From: Roseobacter sp.
GTDB lineage: Bacteria > Pseudomonadota > Alphaproteobacteria > Rhodobacterales > Rhodobacteraceae
Assembly: GCA_011050655.1 (NCBI GenBank)
Contig: DRFG01000092.1
Location: forward strand, 12,053-76,052
DNA length: 64,000 bases
Reading direction: 5' to 3'
A model generated the notes under the pieces. The model was not told the origin of the DNA. It worked only from the letters and a program-made list of their open reading frames with translations, and did not search any database. The position numbers and the translations under genes were made by a program. This document shows, piece by piece, positions 37,327-46,669 of this stretch (position 1 is the stretch's first letter; each line of letters opens with the position of its first letter).

Positions 37327-39311
37327 ATTTCTCAACCGTTTTGATCGCCAACCGGGGCGAGATTGCCCTGCGCCTTGTGCGGGCCTGTCAGGGTCTGGGC
37401 CTGCGCGCAGTCGCAGTCTATTCCGACGCGGACAGGGAGGCACCGCATGTGGTTGCCGCCGAGACGGCGGTGCATATCGGCCCGTCCGAGGCCGCCCAGA
37501 GCTATCTGGATGGTGCCCGGATTATTGCGGCTGCCAAACAGGCCGGCGCGCAGGCTGTTCATCCCGGTTATGGGTTTCTGGCCGAAAATGCAGGTTTCGC
37601 GCAGGCCTGCGCTGATGCCGGTCTGGTCTTCGTTGGACCGTCGCCGGAAAACATTGCGCTGATGGGCTCAAAAATCGCGGCCAAAGCGGTTGCGGTTGCG
37701 GCAAACGTGCCGGTTGTGCCGGGCTACTACGGCGATGATCAGTCCGACGACCGGCTGCTGGCCGAGGCGCATATCATCGGCGTGCCGCTATTGATCAAAG
37801 CCAGCGCCGGGGGCGGCGGGCGCGGTATGCGACAGGTGCATGATCTGGCCGATTTTACCACCGAACTGATTGCCGCTCGGGCCGAGGCTGAGGCTGCCTT
37901 CGGCGATAGCCAGATTTTGCTGGAACGCTATGTCGGCACCGCGCGCCATATCGAGGTGCAGATCCTTGCGGACCAGCAGGGTAATGTGCGCCACTTGTTT
38001 GAACGCGATTGTTCGCTGCAACGAAACCATCAGAAAGTGATCGAAGAGGCACCTGCGCCACTACTGCCAGCCGACGTTCGCGCCAGCCTTCTGGAAAGCG
38101 CGGTGCGGCTGACCAAGGGCATCGGCTATGACAGCGCGGGTACGGTTGAGTTCCTGCTGGATGCCGATACCGGCGAATACTATTTTCTCGAAATGAACAC
38201 CCGCCTGCAGGTGGAACATCCGGTGACAGAGGCGGTCACCGGCATCGACATTGCCGCATGGCAGTTGCGTGTCGCCGGGGGCGAGTCGCTACCATTCGCG
38301 CAAGACGATATCACCTGCTCCGGCTGGGCGATCGAGGCCCGCATCGCCGCCGAAGACCCGGCCAACAACTATCGCCCCGAGATCGGAAAAATCACCAGCT
38401 ACGCCGCCCCCGACATGCCCGGCTTGCGGCTCGATAGCGGTGTGCGCGCGGGCAGCATTGTCAGCCATTATTACGATTCCATGCTGGCCAAGCTGATCAG
38501 TTTGGCACCGGATCGCGCGTCGGCGATCCGGCTTTTGGATCAGGGGCTGGCCAAGTATCACATCACCGGGCCCGGCACCAATATCGCCTTTCTGCGCGAT
38601 CTTCTGGCCTTGCCGGATTTTGTCGCCGGAACGCACAGCACCGCATCCCTTGGTGCGGCTTATCCCGATGGCTGGCACGCGCCCATACCCGGCCACCATC
38701 AGTGGGCCGAGGCCGTTCTGACAAACTTTCTGGCCAGCAATGACCGGGGCGGACATGATCCCTGGACCGCATTGGGTGCCTGGCGCGTGACCGAACCGTC
38801 CGGTCGACCAGGTGGCGCCATTTACCGGATCAACGGTGAAGATGCCCGCATCGAGGGGCGCGACGGGACCTATATCGTCACCCTTCATGATCTGGCCCCT
38901 ATTGAAATGGAAAACGCCAGCCTGCGTGGCGGCATACTGTCTTATGAAACTGACGGCATGCGCCATAGCGCAAGCGCCGAAATCGACGGTGAGAAAGTTT
39001 CGTTGGATGGTCAAACCGGTCGCGCCTCGTTTGTTGTTCTGGACAGCGACAGGATCATTCAAGCGGCTGGCGAGGCCGCACTGGGTGGCGGCAATCAGGT
39101 GCGCGCACCGATGCCCGGCCTTGTCTCGGACGTTCTGGCCCAACCCTGTGATGTTGTCATCGCCGGACAACCGGTTGTTGTAATCGAGGCCATGAAACTT
39201 TTGCAAACCCTGACCGCGCCCTGTGCGGGCACTGTCGCCCAAGTCAATTATGCAGCCGGAGAAAACGTCGATATGGGCGCCGTGCTGATCACCATCGACC
39301 CCGAGGAATGA
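37323..39311 (+). CDS. Acyl-CoA carboxylase alpha subunit, set 2
   Basis: LIANRGEIA, HPGYGFLAEN, RDCSLQRNHQK, EMNTRLQVEH, biotin motif EAMKL. Start at MNFST. Confidence 0.92.
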   Translation: MNFSTVLIANRGEIALRLVRACQGLGLRAVAVYSDADREAPHVVAAETAVHIGPSEAAQSYLDGARIIAAAKQAGAQAVHPGYGFLAENAGFAQACADAGLVFVGPSPENIALMGSKIAAKAVAVAANVPVVPGYYGDDQSDDRLLAEAHIIGVPLLIKASAGGGGRGMRQVHDLADFTTELIAARAEAEAAFGDSQILLERYVGTARHIEVQILADQQGNVRHLFERDCSLQRNHQKVIEEAPAPLLPADVRASLLESAVRLTKGIGYDSAGTVEFLLDADTGEYYFLEMNTRLQVEHPVTEAVTGIDIAAWQLRVAGGESLPFAQDDITCSGWAIEARIAAEDPANNYRPEIGKITSYAAPDMPGLRLDSGVRAGSIVSHYYDSMLAKLISLAPDRASAIRLLDQGLAKYHITGPGTNIAFLRDLLALPDFVAGTHSTASLGAAYPDGWHAPIPGHHQWAEAVLTNFLASNDRGGHDPWTALGAWRVTEPSGRPGGAIYRINGEDARIEGRDGTYIVTLHDLAPIEMENASLRGGILSYETDGMRHSASAEIDGEKVSLDGQTGRASFVVLDSDRIIQAAGEAALGGGNQVRAPMPGLVSDVLAQPCDVVIAGQPVVVIEAMKLLQTLTAPCAGTVAQVNYAAGENVDMGAVLITIDPEE

Positions 39312-40456
39312 CCATGACCAACCCATATTTTTCCGACGAACTGACCATGCTGCGCGAGCAAATCCGCCGTTTTGTCGAGGCCGAGATCGTGCCGCACGGC
39401 GACGCCTGGGAAGAAGCAGGCAAAGTCCCGCGCGAGGTATTCGCCAAGATGGGCGAGCTGGGCTTTCTTGGAATGCGTTACCCTGAGAAATATGGCGGAG
39501 CGGATCTGGATACGATGGCCAGCGTCGTGCTGGCTGAAGAGCTGGGCCGCTGCACATTCGGAGGCTTTTCAGCTGACCTGCTGGTGCACACGGATATGGC
39601 CAGTCCGCATCTGGCCAATGTAGGCACACCCGAACAAATGGCACGCTGGATGCCGGGTATCACGTCAGGCAAAAGCGTCTGTGCCGTTGCCGTAACCGAA
39701 CCCGGTGCCGGGTCAGACGTGGCAGGAATGCGCACACGCGCGGTCCGCGACGGCAATGGCTGGGTGATCAACGGTACCAAAATGTTCATCACTAATGGTG
39801 TGCATGGCGATCTGTTTTTCGTCGCTGCCAAAACCAACACCGAAGCAAAAGGTTCGCGCGGGGTCACGATCTTTGCAGTCGAAAAAGGCACAGCGGGATT
39901 TTCGGTCGGCAAGAAGCTGAACAAGACTGGATGGCTGTGTTCGGATACTGCCGAACTGGTTTTTGACAACGTCCGTGTCACAGGCGACCATATTCTGGGC
40001 GAGGTTGATAAGGGTTTCTACGCCATCATGAAGAACTTTCAGAACGAACGAACGGTTCTGGGAGCGATGGCCATGGGTGAGGCGCAGAAAGCCATCGAAC
40101 TGACGCTGGATTATGTGAAGGATCGTCCTGCCTTTGGCGGTGTTCTATGGGACAAACAGGTGATCCGTCACCGACTTGCCGAGCGCGCCGCCCAGGTCGA
40201 GGCTGGCCGGCAACTAGTCTACAGCGCGGCGTGGAAAGACGCTCAGGGGATGGATTGTGTCAAAGAGGTTTCGATGGTCAAGGCCTATTGCGGCGATCTG
40301 GTCAACAAGGTGATGTATGATTGCGTTCAGTTTCACGGCGGCATGGGCTACATGCGCGAAACCCCGGTTGAACGGATGTCTCGCGACGCGCGTATTCAGG
40401 CCATTGGCGGCGGCGCAACCGAAGTGATGTTGGAAGAAATTGCCAAGCGGCTTTAG
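39308..40456 (+). CDS. Acyl-CoA dehydrogenase
   Basis: AVAVTEPGAGSDVA, NGTKMFITNG, FQNER, QFHGGMGYM, IGGGATEVM. Confidence 0.92.
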   Translation: MTMTNPYFSDELTMLREQIRRFVEAEIVPHGDAWEEAGKVPREVFAKMGELGFLGMRYPEKYGGADLDTMASVVLAEELGRCTFGGFSADLLVHTDMASPHLANVGTPEQMARWMPGITSGKSVCAVAVTEPGAGSDVAGMRTRAVRDGNGWVINGTKMFITNGVHGDLFFVAAKTNTEAKGSRGVTIFAVEKGTAGFSVGKKLNKTGWLCSDTAELVFDNVRVTGDHILGEVDKGFYAIMKNFQNERTVLGAMAMGEAQKAIELTLDYVKDRPAFGGVLWDKQVIRHRLAERAAQVEAGRQLVYSAAWKDAQGMDCVKEVSMVKAYCGDLVNKVMYDCVQFHGGMGYMRETPVERMSRDARIQAIGGGATEVMLEEIAKRL

Positions 40457-40708
40457 ACGGCAAGAACTGGATTCCGGATGAATTAACGTGTTTGTTGAAC
40501 TGAGAGGTTAACGCTCTTTGCGGTGCCATTGGCACGAAACCCCACGGTATCGATCTGGCACGTGTAACTACTCTGACTTGTCACGAACATCTGAAATTGA
40601 CCGAAACTCATTTCGCCTCGTCCTCCGCTCAAAAGTTCGCAGATTTTGCTCAGGTTTAATGCGCCAGCTCGGGCGCTAAATGCGTTCAGAAACATGGGGG
40701 AGCCAGCT

Positions 40709-41197
40709 TCACAGCCGGATCGACGCGGGGTTTGAGAGTTTTCCACGCGCGAAATCATAAGACGTAGCGAGGATTTTCAATGCTGTTTCGATCTCGGCTG
40801 TGTCCCGCGCGGCGAACACCATGACGGCGGTTGCGGGGATCATGCCTGAGGCCGCCATCGGGTGCGGCTCGCCCCATCCTTTAGCGAACAGTTCAAGCGT
40901 ACATTCGATTGGCAGCATCAGATGCATGGAGCCGTCATAATGCGGATGCACATGGGCAAACTCATTTCCCACCATAAAAGATTCTTGACAGCCGTGGGCA
41001 TGATCATGTGCCAGCCAAAGAGCTTCGGCTCCGGGGACAGAGATAATGCTGGGGCGACGCTCGACAAAGGGAAAATCAAATGCGCGCTCTTTGAGCTTTT
41101 GATAGGTACTGGCATCGGGGTTTTGGCTTACCTGCTCGTGAGGCGCGCAATCGGTAGTCTCTGGTCGCGGGCCGATGCGGGGCGTCAGTTCAAACAT
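40709..41197 (-). CDS. Luciferase-domain (DUF5519-like) hypothetical protein
   Basis: GPRPETT...PHEQ, EFAHVHPHYDGSMHLMLP, GWGEPHP, VMVFAARD. Family recalled, not searched. Confidence 0.6.
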   Translation of the reverse strand: MFELTPRIGPRPETTDCAPHEQVSQNPDASTYQKLKERAFDFPFVERRPSIISVPGAEALWLAHDHAHGCQESFMVGNEFAHVHPHYDGSMHLMLPIECTLELFAKGWGEPHPMAASGMIPATAVMVFAARDTAEIETALKILATSYDFARGKLSNPASIRL

Positions 41198-41221
41198 TTC
41201 CAGCCTTTGTGGTTTATATGG

Positions 41222-42253
41222 TTAGGACCCCAGAGCCTTGCGGACATCCGGTGCAACGCGGGTTCCCAGGATCTCGATCGCGTTCATCAGGGATTTTTGA
41301 TCGAGCCGCCCGATCGCCATCTGAATGGTAATCCGTGTAAAGCCGAAGATTTCATGATGGGCGAGGATCTTGTCGGTCAGTTCTGCGGGGCCGCCCACGA
41401 ACAACGCGCCGCTGGGGCCGCTCATGGTATCAAACTGTTCACGGGTTGCCGGGGGCCATCCGCGTTCTGCGCCAAGTCGGGTCATGACCTCGTTATGCGG
41501 GCCACTGTAAATGTCGCGGGCGGCTTGACTGGTTTCGGCCACAAACCCATGCACATTCAGTGAGGTTTCAAAGATGGCCGGGTCGTGCCCGGCCTTGGTG
41601 GCGGCAGAGCGGTAAAGATCGAACAAAGGCGCAAACCGCACAGGTTCCCCGCCAATTATACCAAGCGCAAGAGGCAGGCCAAGTGTGCCGGCCCGCACCG
41701 CCGATTGTGGGGTTCCCCCGATACCCAGCCAGATCGGCAGCTTGTCCTGATAGGGACGTGGATAGACGCCCTGATGATCGACCGCAGGCAAATGTTTTGT
41801 GCCAGGCCAACTTATGTGTTCGGCTTCGTTCACCATCATCAAAAGCTGGAGTTTTTCAGCAAAAAGGCCGTCGTAGTCATCCAGCGCATGACCAAACAGC
41901 GGAAAGGATTCAACAAAGGCACCGCGCCCGACCATGATCTCGGCGCGCCCCTGGGTCAGGTTGTCCAGCGTCGAAAACTGTTGGAAGACGCGAATCGGAT
42001 CATCGGAACTAAGCACAGTGACGGCGCTGGAAAGGCGGATGTTTTTGGTTTGTGTAGCCGCCGCTGCCAGCGCTACAGCAGGATTTGAAACTGCATAGTC
42101 GGGGCGGTGATGTTCGCCAACGCCGAACCAATCCAGCCCGACCTGATCGGCCAGCACGATTTCCTCAACCAGATTGCGCAGCCTTTGGGAAGGGCTGACG
42201 CTGCCAGCTTGATCGGCGCCCGACTCTGCGAATGTGTATATGCCTATTTGCAC
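41222..42253 (-). CDS. LLM-class flavin-dependent oxidoreductase
   Basis: GLDWFGVGEHHR, IRLSSAVTVLSSDDPIRVFQQF, GRAEIMVGRG. Confidence 0.9.
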   Translation of the reverse strand: MQIGIYTFAESGADQAGSVSPSQRLRNLVEEIVLADQVGLDWFGVGEHHRPDYAVSNPAVALAAAATQTKNIRLSSAVTVLSSDDPIRVFQQFSTLDNLTQGRAEIMVGRGAFVESFPLFGHALDDYDGLFAEKLQLLMMVNEAEHISWPGTKHLPAVDHQGVYPRPYQDKLPIWLGIGGTPQSAVRAGTLGLPLALGIIGGEPVRFAPLFDLYRSAATKAGHDPAIFETSLNVHGFVAETSQAARDIYSGPHNEVMTRLGAERGWPPATREQFDTMSGPSGALFVGGPAELTDKILAHHEIFGFTRITIQMAIGRLDQKSLMNAIEILGTRVAPDVRKALGS

Positions 42254-42313
42254 GATATGGCCTTCTTTGGGGCGGGGGCGAATACCTCGCCCCCGCAGAT
42301 ATTTCCGTGGATT

Positions 42314-42952
42314 CTAAACGCCAAATAGGGCCCGAACAGGTGCAAACGCCTCCTTCCACGAAGCGCGCGCCTCAAGCCGTTCGATCCAGGCCGCGACGTT
42401 CGGGAGATCGTCAAGCGAGATATCAGACTGCACACGGTACATGAATGTCGAGGCCAGCGCGAAATCCGCAACGCTAAGATCGCCCGCGATCCAATCCTTG
42501 CCCGCAAGGCCGAATTCCAGCACTGCTAGGAACTGATCTACGTTCTTCAACTCGGCGTCTATGACGCTTTGATCCGCCTCTCCCATGCCGAACTTCGCTT
42601 TCAGGAACCGCTCGAACGACAACTTTTGCATTGCCGGACCAAGGTGAATTGTCTGCCAGTAAAGCCACTGATCCACCGTTGCCCGGGCCTTTGGGTCGTC
42701 AGGATAAAGACCGCGCTCGGGTTTCTTGCTTGCCAGATAGGAATTGATGGCGCGGGATTCCCATATCACGAAATCGCCGTCTGCCAGCACCGGCACCTTG
42801 GCATTGGGATTCATCGACAGGAATTCCACGCTGCGGTTGTCGCCGCCGCGTATGTCGACCTCGATGATCTCAAGATCGATCCCCAGTTCCAGGGCAACCG
42901 CCCGCACCCGAAGGGCGTTGGGCGAGAAATTGGCGTTGTAAAGCTTCATCAT
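42314..42952 (-). CDS. Glutathione S-transferase
   Basis: SPNALRV, NPNAKVPVL, IWESRAI, LSVADFAL. Confidence 0.9.
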   Translation of the reverse strand: MMKLYNANFSPNALRVRAVALELGIDLEIIEVDIRGGDNRSVEFLSMNPNAKVPVLADGDFVIWESRAINSYLASKKPERGLYPDDPKARATVDQWLYWQTIHLGPAMQKLSFERFLKAKFGMGEADQSVIDAELKNVDQFLAVLEFGLAGKDWIAGDLSVADFALASTFMYRVQSDISLDDLPNVAAWIERLEARASWKEAFAPVRALFGV

Positions 42953-42959
42953 GGTTTCC

Positions 42960-43859
42960 TTATTGCGCCGGTGGGGTGAGCAGGGCCGCCTTGTTGGCAA
43001 TCAAGAAATCACGCGCCGACTGGCCGGCCTGTCCGGTCAGTTTTTCCAGATCACCCGTTGCAACACTCAGATAGTCCTTGGCCATCGCCTCGTCGAAGGA
43101 CGCAAAAACCTTTGCCATGAACTCTGGCAAGCCAGCGCCGATCATTGCCTGGACCAGATCGTCGGTTGAGATCGGGATATAGGGGATATCCTTGCCCGAG
43201 ATTTCCGACAGGAAGGCCGCGATGTCGCTTTGGGAAAGCGCCGCGGGGCCGGTGATGTCCAAAACGCTTGAACCGGTTTCCTGCATCAGGGCCGCTGCAG
43301 CGGCGCGGGCGCAATCGGCGCGAGTAACATAGCCGGTTTTCCCCTCAGCGGCAGCGGCGAAGTGTTGCCCCATTCCAATGCTTTGCCCACCACCCATCAG
43401 CACCAGATCGGTGTAAAGGTTGTTGCGCAGGATGGTATAGTCGACACCGGTGTCCTTGATTAGCGCTTCGGTGTCGCTGTGATCTTTGGCGAACGTGATC
43501 GGGCTTTCCTCAACCGGGTTTGTCAATGACGTATAAACGATATGTGTGATCCCTTCCTTCGTCGCGGCTGCAACGGCGTTTTTATGCGCTGCCAGTCGCT
43601 TGCCTGGTTCCAGATCGTCGGTCGAAATGATCAGCAAACGCTTGCCACCCGCAAAAGCCGCGCTCAACGATGCGGGGTCGTTGAAATCACCCTTGCGGGC
43701 CTCAACTCCCTTGTCAGCCAGATCGGCCAGCTTTTCCGGCGAACGGGAGACGGCGATGATCGGACCGGCACCGGCCGCAATCAGATTGTCGATGACCTGT
43801 CGGCCAAGTTGGCCGGATGCACCGGTGACGATGAAAGGGCCGTTTTGAATGTTTGTCAT
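42960..43859 (-). CDS. NmrA/QorB-like NAD(P)H-dependent oxidoreductase
   Basis: VTGASGQLG, RKGDF, YTILRNNLY, YVTRADCA. Confidence 0.88.
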   Translation of the reverse strand: MTNIQNGPFIVTGASGQLGRQVIDNLIAAGAGPIIAVSRSPEKLADLADKGVEARKGDFNDPASLSAAFAGGKRLLIISTDDLEPGKRLAAHKNAVAAATKEGITHIVYTSLTNPVEESPITFAKDHSDTEALIKDTGVDYTILRNNLYTDLVLMGGGQSIGMGQHFAAAAEGKTGYVTRADCARAAAAALMQETGSSVLDITGPAALSQSDIAAFLSEISGKDIPYIPISTDDLVQAMIGAGLPEFMAKVFASFDEAMAKDYLSVATGDLEKLTGQAGQSARDFLIANKAALLTPPAQ

Positions 43860-43914
43860 TGGGTATTCCTCGATTTTTCGGGTTGGATTTGGATGTTCAA
43901 GCGTCTGATGGGAT

Positions 43915-44727
43915 TCAGCCAAAGGTAAACGCGCTTTCGACTGCTCCGAGCACGTGATCCTCCAGCGTTTTCACGCCTTTGTCGGCAAGGGCGGCCCCCG
44001 CGACAACATGCAGCGGAATCAGATGTTCTTCGCGCGGGTTGGCATCGCGGGCACCAGGGGCGGCGTCCCACCGAGCCAGCATTTGATCACGCTCTGCTGG
44101 ATCGGTGCGGGTGGCCGCATCGCTTAGCCAGCGGTCAAATTCCTGCCCGTTCACGGAATCGGTTGCACCACCCCGCATCGCATGCATCATTTTTTGCATG
44201 TTGTGATAGGTGTTGCCCGAACCGATGATCAGAACACCTTCATCTCGCAACGGTGCCAGTGCCCGCCCGACCGCAATATGCGCAGTTGGGTCAAGATCAC
44301 TTCGCAAGCTAAGCTGCACACAGGGAATGTCTGCCTGCGGAAAGGCCACCTTGAGCGGGATGAACACGCCGTGATCGTAACCGCGCGCCTCATCAACGGG
44401 GCAGGGGAACCCGGCCGCCTCGACCAGCGTCTGCACCCTGTCGGACAGCGCGACATCGCCGGGCGCGGGCCAAGTCAGTTCGTAGGTGTGAGGTGGAAAC
44501 CCGTTATAATCGAACAACAGCGACGGGGCCGGGTTTTTCTGCACCGTAAATTGCGGCTCTTCCCAATGGCCTGAAATCACCAGCAACGCCTTGGGGGCTT
44601 CCGGCAATGACGCGGACACATCGGCAAGGAACTCGCGCTGCCGGTTCCAGGTTTCTGGCGGGTCCCAGTCCATGAAGAAACAGGGGCCTCCACCGTGTGG
44701 AATGAACATCGTTGGCATTCGGGTCAT
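43915..44727 (-). CDS. DODA/LigB-type extradiol dioxygenase
   Basis: FIPHGGGP, VISGHWEE, RGYDHGVFIPL, IGSGNTYHN, PREEHLIPL. The start could be 44736. Confidence 0.88.
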   Translation of the reverse strand: MTRMPTMFIPHGGGPCFFMDWDPPETWNRQREFLADVSASLPEAPKALLVISGHWEEPQFTVQKNPAPSLLFDYNGFPPHTYELTWPAPGDVALSDRVQTLVEAAGFPCPVDEARGYDHGVFIPLKVAFPQADIPCVQLSLRSDLDPTAHIAVGRALAPLRDEGVLIIGSGNTYHNMQKMMHAMRGGATDSVNGQEFDRWLSDAATRTDPAERDQMLARWDAAPGARDANPREEHLIPLHVVAGAALADKGVKTLEDHVLGAVESAFTFG

Positions 44728-44800
44728 GTACTGCATCCTTTCGTCTTTATTGCGAGCGAAGCCTGACGATCCAGCCCGCCTATGGTTGCTAAGATTCCGG

Positions 44801-45205
44801 TTACGCCGCGCTATTCAGCAAATCACCGTAGGGCGATTTCTTTTCGCGAACCCGGTTTTGCGTCAGGAACGATATGATCAGTGCCGCCCATGCGATGATC
44901 GCCGGCGGCCAGCCCGGATCGCCCGCAGCTATATGCGCTGAAGCGGCCAGCAACAGGTGCCAGAACATCGCCGCATAGGCGAAATCGGACAGGAACGTCG
45001 ACGGGCGCCAAAGGATGACTACGGCCGCCACGATCTTTAGGATGGCCAACGGCCATATTATGTAGGTTGGGTACTTCAACAAGCCCTCATACATTCCCGC
45101 AACCATGTCATGCGCGGTGATGTAAAATGTCGCCCCGCCCAGATAGACCAACGCAACCAACCCGGTTGCCGCCCAGTATGTAATTTTCACAGATTTTTCG
45201 CTCAT
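44801..45205 (-). CDS. DoxX-family membrane protein
   Basis: Four hydrophobic segments; KITYWAATGL, YPTY, FAYAA...HIAAGD. Confidence 0.75.
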   Translation of the reverse strand: MSEKSVKITYWAATGLVALVYLGGATFYITAHDMVAGMYEGLLKYPTYIIWPLAILKIVAAVVILWRPSTFLSDFAYAAMFWHLLLAASAHIAAGDPGWPPAIIAWAALIISFLTQNRVREKKSPYGDLLNSAA

Positions 45206-45358
45206 TTCGACGTCCCCTTTTTTTGTAATATTTGCCTGGGCATTCTTCCGAATGGCTCACCCTTGCTAGGTTTTGCTATTCGCTCTAGTATTATAAAGCG
45301 TCTTAGTTTTGAAAGAAAAGTAGGCACTGAAAAGTAACTGCCCTTGGAGAACCTCAAA

Positions 45359-45712
45359 ATGAAACAAACAACACCGCCCGCGTGTCCCATGGACTCCATT
45401 CTGCGCTTGCTGATGGGGCCGTGGACAACTTATATTCTCTGGGTCCTTAGTGACGGCGGGCCACAACGTTTTGGGGTGCTAAAACGGGCAGTGCCGGGAA
45501 TTTCGACTCGTGTTCTGACCGAACGGTTGCGAATGTTGCAGGCGGCCGGGGTGATCTGGCGCGATCAGACCCAAACGATCCCGCCCGCCGTTACCTATGG
45601 TCTGACTGAACGAGGTGACGATCTGCGCCAAGTGCTCGAATCCTTGGGTGAAGTCGCGCAGCGCTGGCAATCCGAAGGGGCGTTTGAAACGGGTGATGTT
45701 GCTGCAGAATGA
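45359..45712 (+). CDS. HxlR-family winged-helix regulator
   Basis: ACPMDSILRLLMGPWT, RFGVLKRAVPGISTRVLTERLRML, PPAVTYGLT. Divergent from the doxX operon. Confidence 0.9.
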   Translation: MKQTTPPACPMDSILRLLMGPWTTYILWVLSDGGPQRFGVLKRAVPGISTRVLTERLRMLQAAGVIWRDQTQTIPPAVTYGLTERGDDLRQVLESLGEVAQRWQSEGAFETGDVAAE

Positions 45713-45846
45713 TCAATACGACGATGTAGTGGTCCACATAATTTTGATCTGCTACCGCAAAATCTGCCAATTTGAGCCAATATTAATTGCTTAGTATCCG
45801 GCTTGCCACGCTATATTTAACATAAGATTGATTATGCGAGATCTTT

Positions 45847-45876
45847 CAATAATATATTTAGAGTTGCAATAATATA
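45847..45876. repeat. 10-bp direct repeat CAATAATATA x2 in an AT-rich gap
   Basis: Copies at 45847-45856 and 45867-45876 (20-bp period). Confidence 0.6.
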
Positions 45877-45922
45877 CTACAGGAGTTATGCTGATTTCAC
45901 CCTACTCGATAGGATGCTTCAC

Positions 45923-46669
45923 ATGCTTCGCACATTTCGAAAATACTCAATTGTCGCCGTACTTGCACTTGTTGGTTCGTCTGTGGGCCTTGCCAATCGT
46001 GTTCAGGCTCAAACGTATCAGATCGACTGCGCAATATTACTGTGCCTCTCTGGCGGCTGGCCAACATCAGTTCCATGTGCCCGTGCACGCGCCGAATTCA
46101 TCCGCCGGATCACGCCTTGGCCCGTTGAACCGCCATTGCAGATTTGGCGGTGCCCGATGGGCGCATCCTATGATCCGGTTACCCCGTCGGATCATCGAGG
46201 TCGTTTTTACAATATTCTGTTCACTAGTCAGGATCGCCCGCGACCGCTTTTGTCGCCTGCAACCAAACCTCTGCCTTCTGAAAATGCCGTTTTCGACATT
46301 GCCGGACCAAAGCCTCACCCGCTTCCGGAAGGATTTGCGCTCCAGTTGGTCCAAGACCGCGCTGACATCGACATCAGCGGCCCCGAATTCAACTTTGTAC
46401 GCTCAATCCGCGTCTACGATGTCAGATACGCACGCCAAAACGAGTCTGGCCGTGACGGAGATTGCAACCGATCCGCAACCATTTACCTTGGCACCTATGG
46501 AACCCAAGGTGATTTTTCATGGGCTCGGTCGGCTCCAGCAGCTCTACCCGAGGCACATATTGGCCTTGAAAGATGGGGGTACAATTGCCCGAGTATTTAC
46601 CATAGATCAGTCTTCGTTGATTGGCGCGACTATGAAGGAAACTACGGCTTCGAACAGGTCAATTACTGA
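45923..46669 (+). CDS. Secreted Cys-rich hypothetical protein, TrbM/KikA-like
   Basis: Sec signal ending VQA; IDCAILLCLSGGWP...PC...EPPLQIWRCPM. ATG 45923 follows AGGA. The family link is tentative. Confidence 0.6.
   Translation: MLRTFRKYSIVAVLALVGSSVGLANRVQAQTYQIDCAILLCLSGGWPTSVPCARARAEFIRRITPWPVEPPLQIWRCPMGASYDPVTPSDHRGRFYNILFTSQDRPRPLLSPATKPLPSENAVFDIAGPKPHPLPEGFALQLVQDRADIDISGPEFNFVRSIRVYDVRYARQNESGRDGDCNRSATIYLGTYGTQGDFSWARSAPAALPEAHIGLERWGYNCPSIYHRSVFVDWRDYEGNYGFEQVNY

Noticed and set aside
21501-39644. Long antisense ORFs (21501-22655 +, 22696-23958 -, 32691-33722 -, 38289-39644 - and similar)
   Set aside because: Shadow frames opposite well-supported genes, expected in high-GC DNA.
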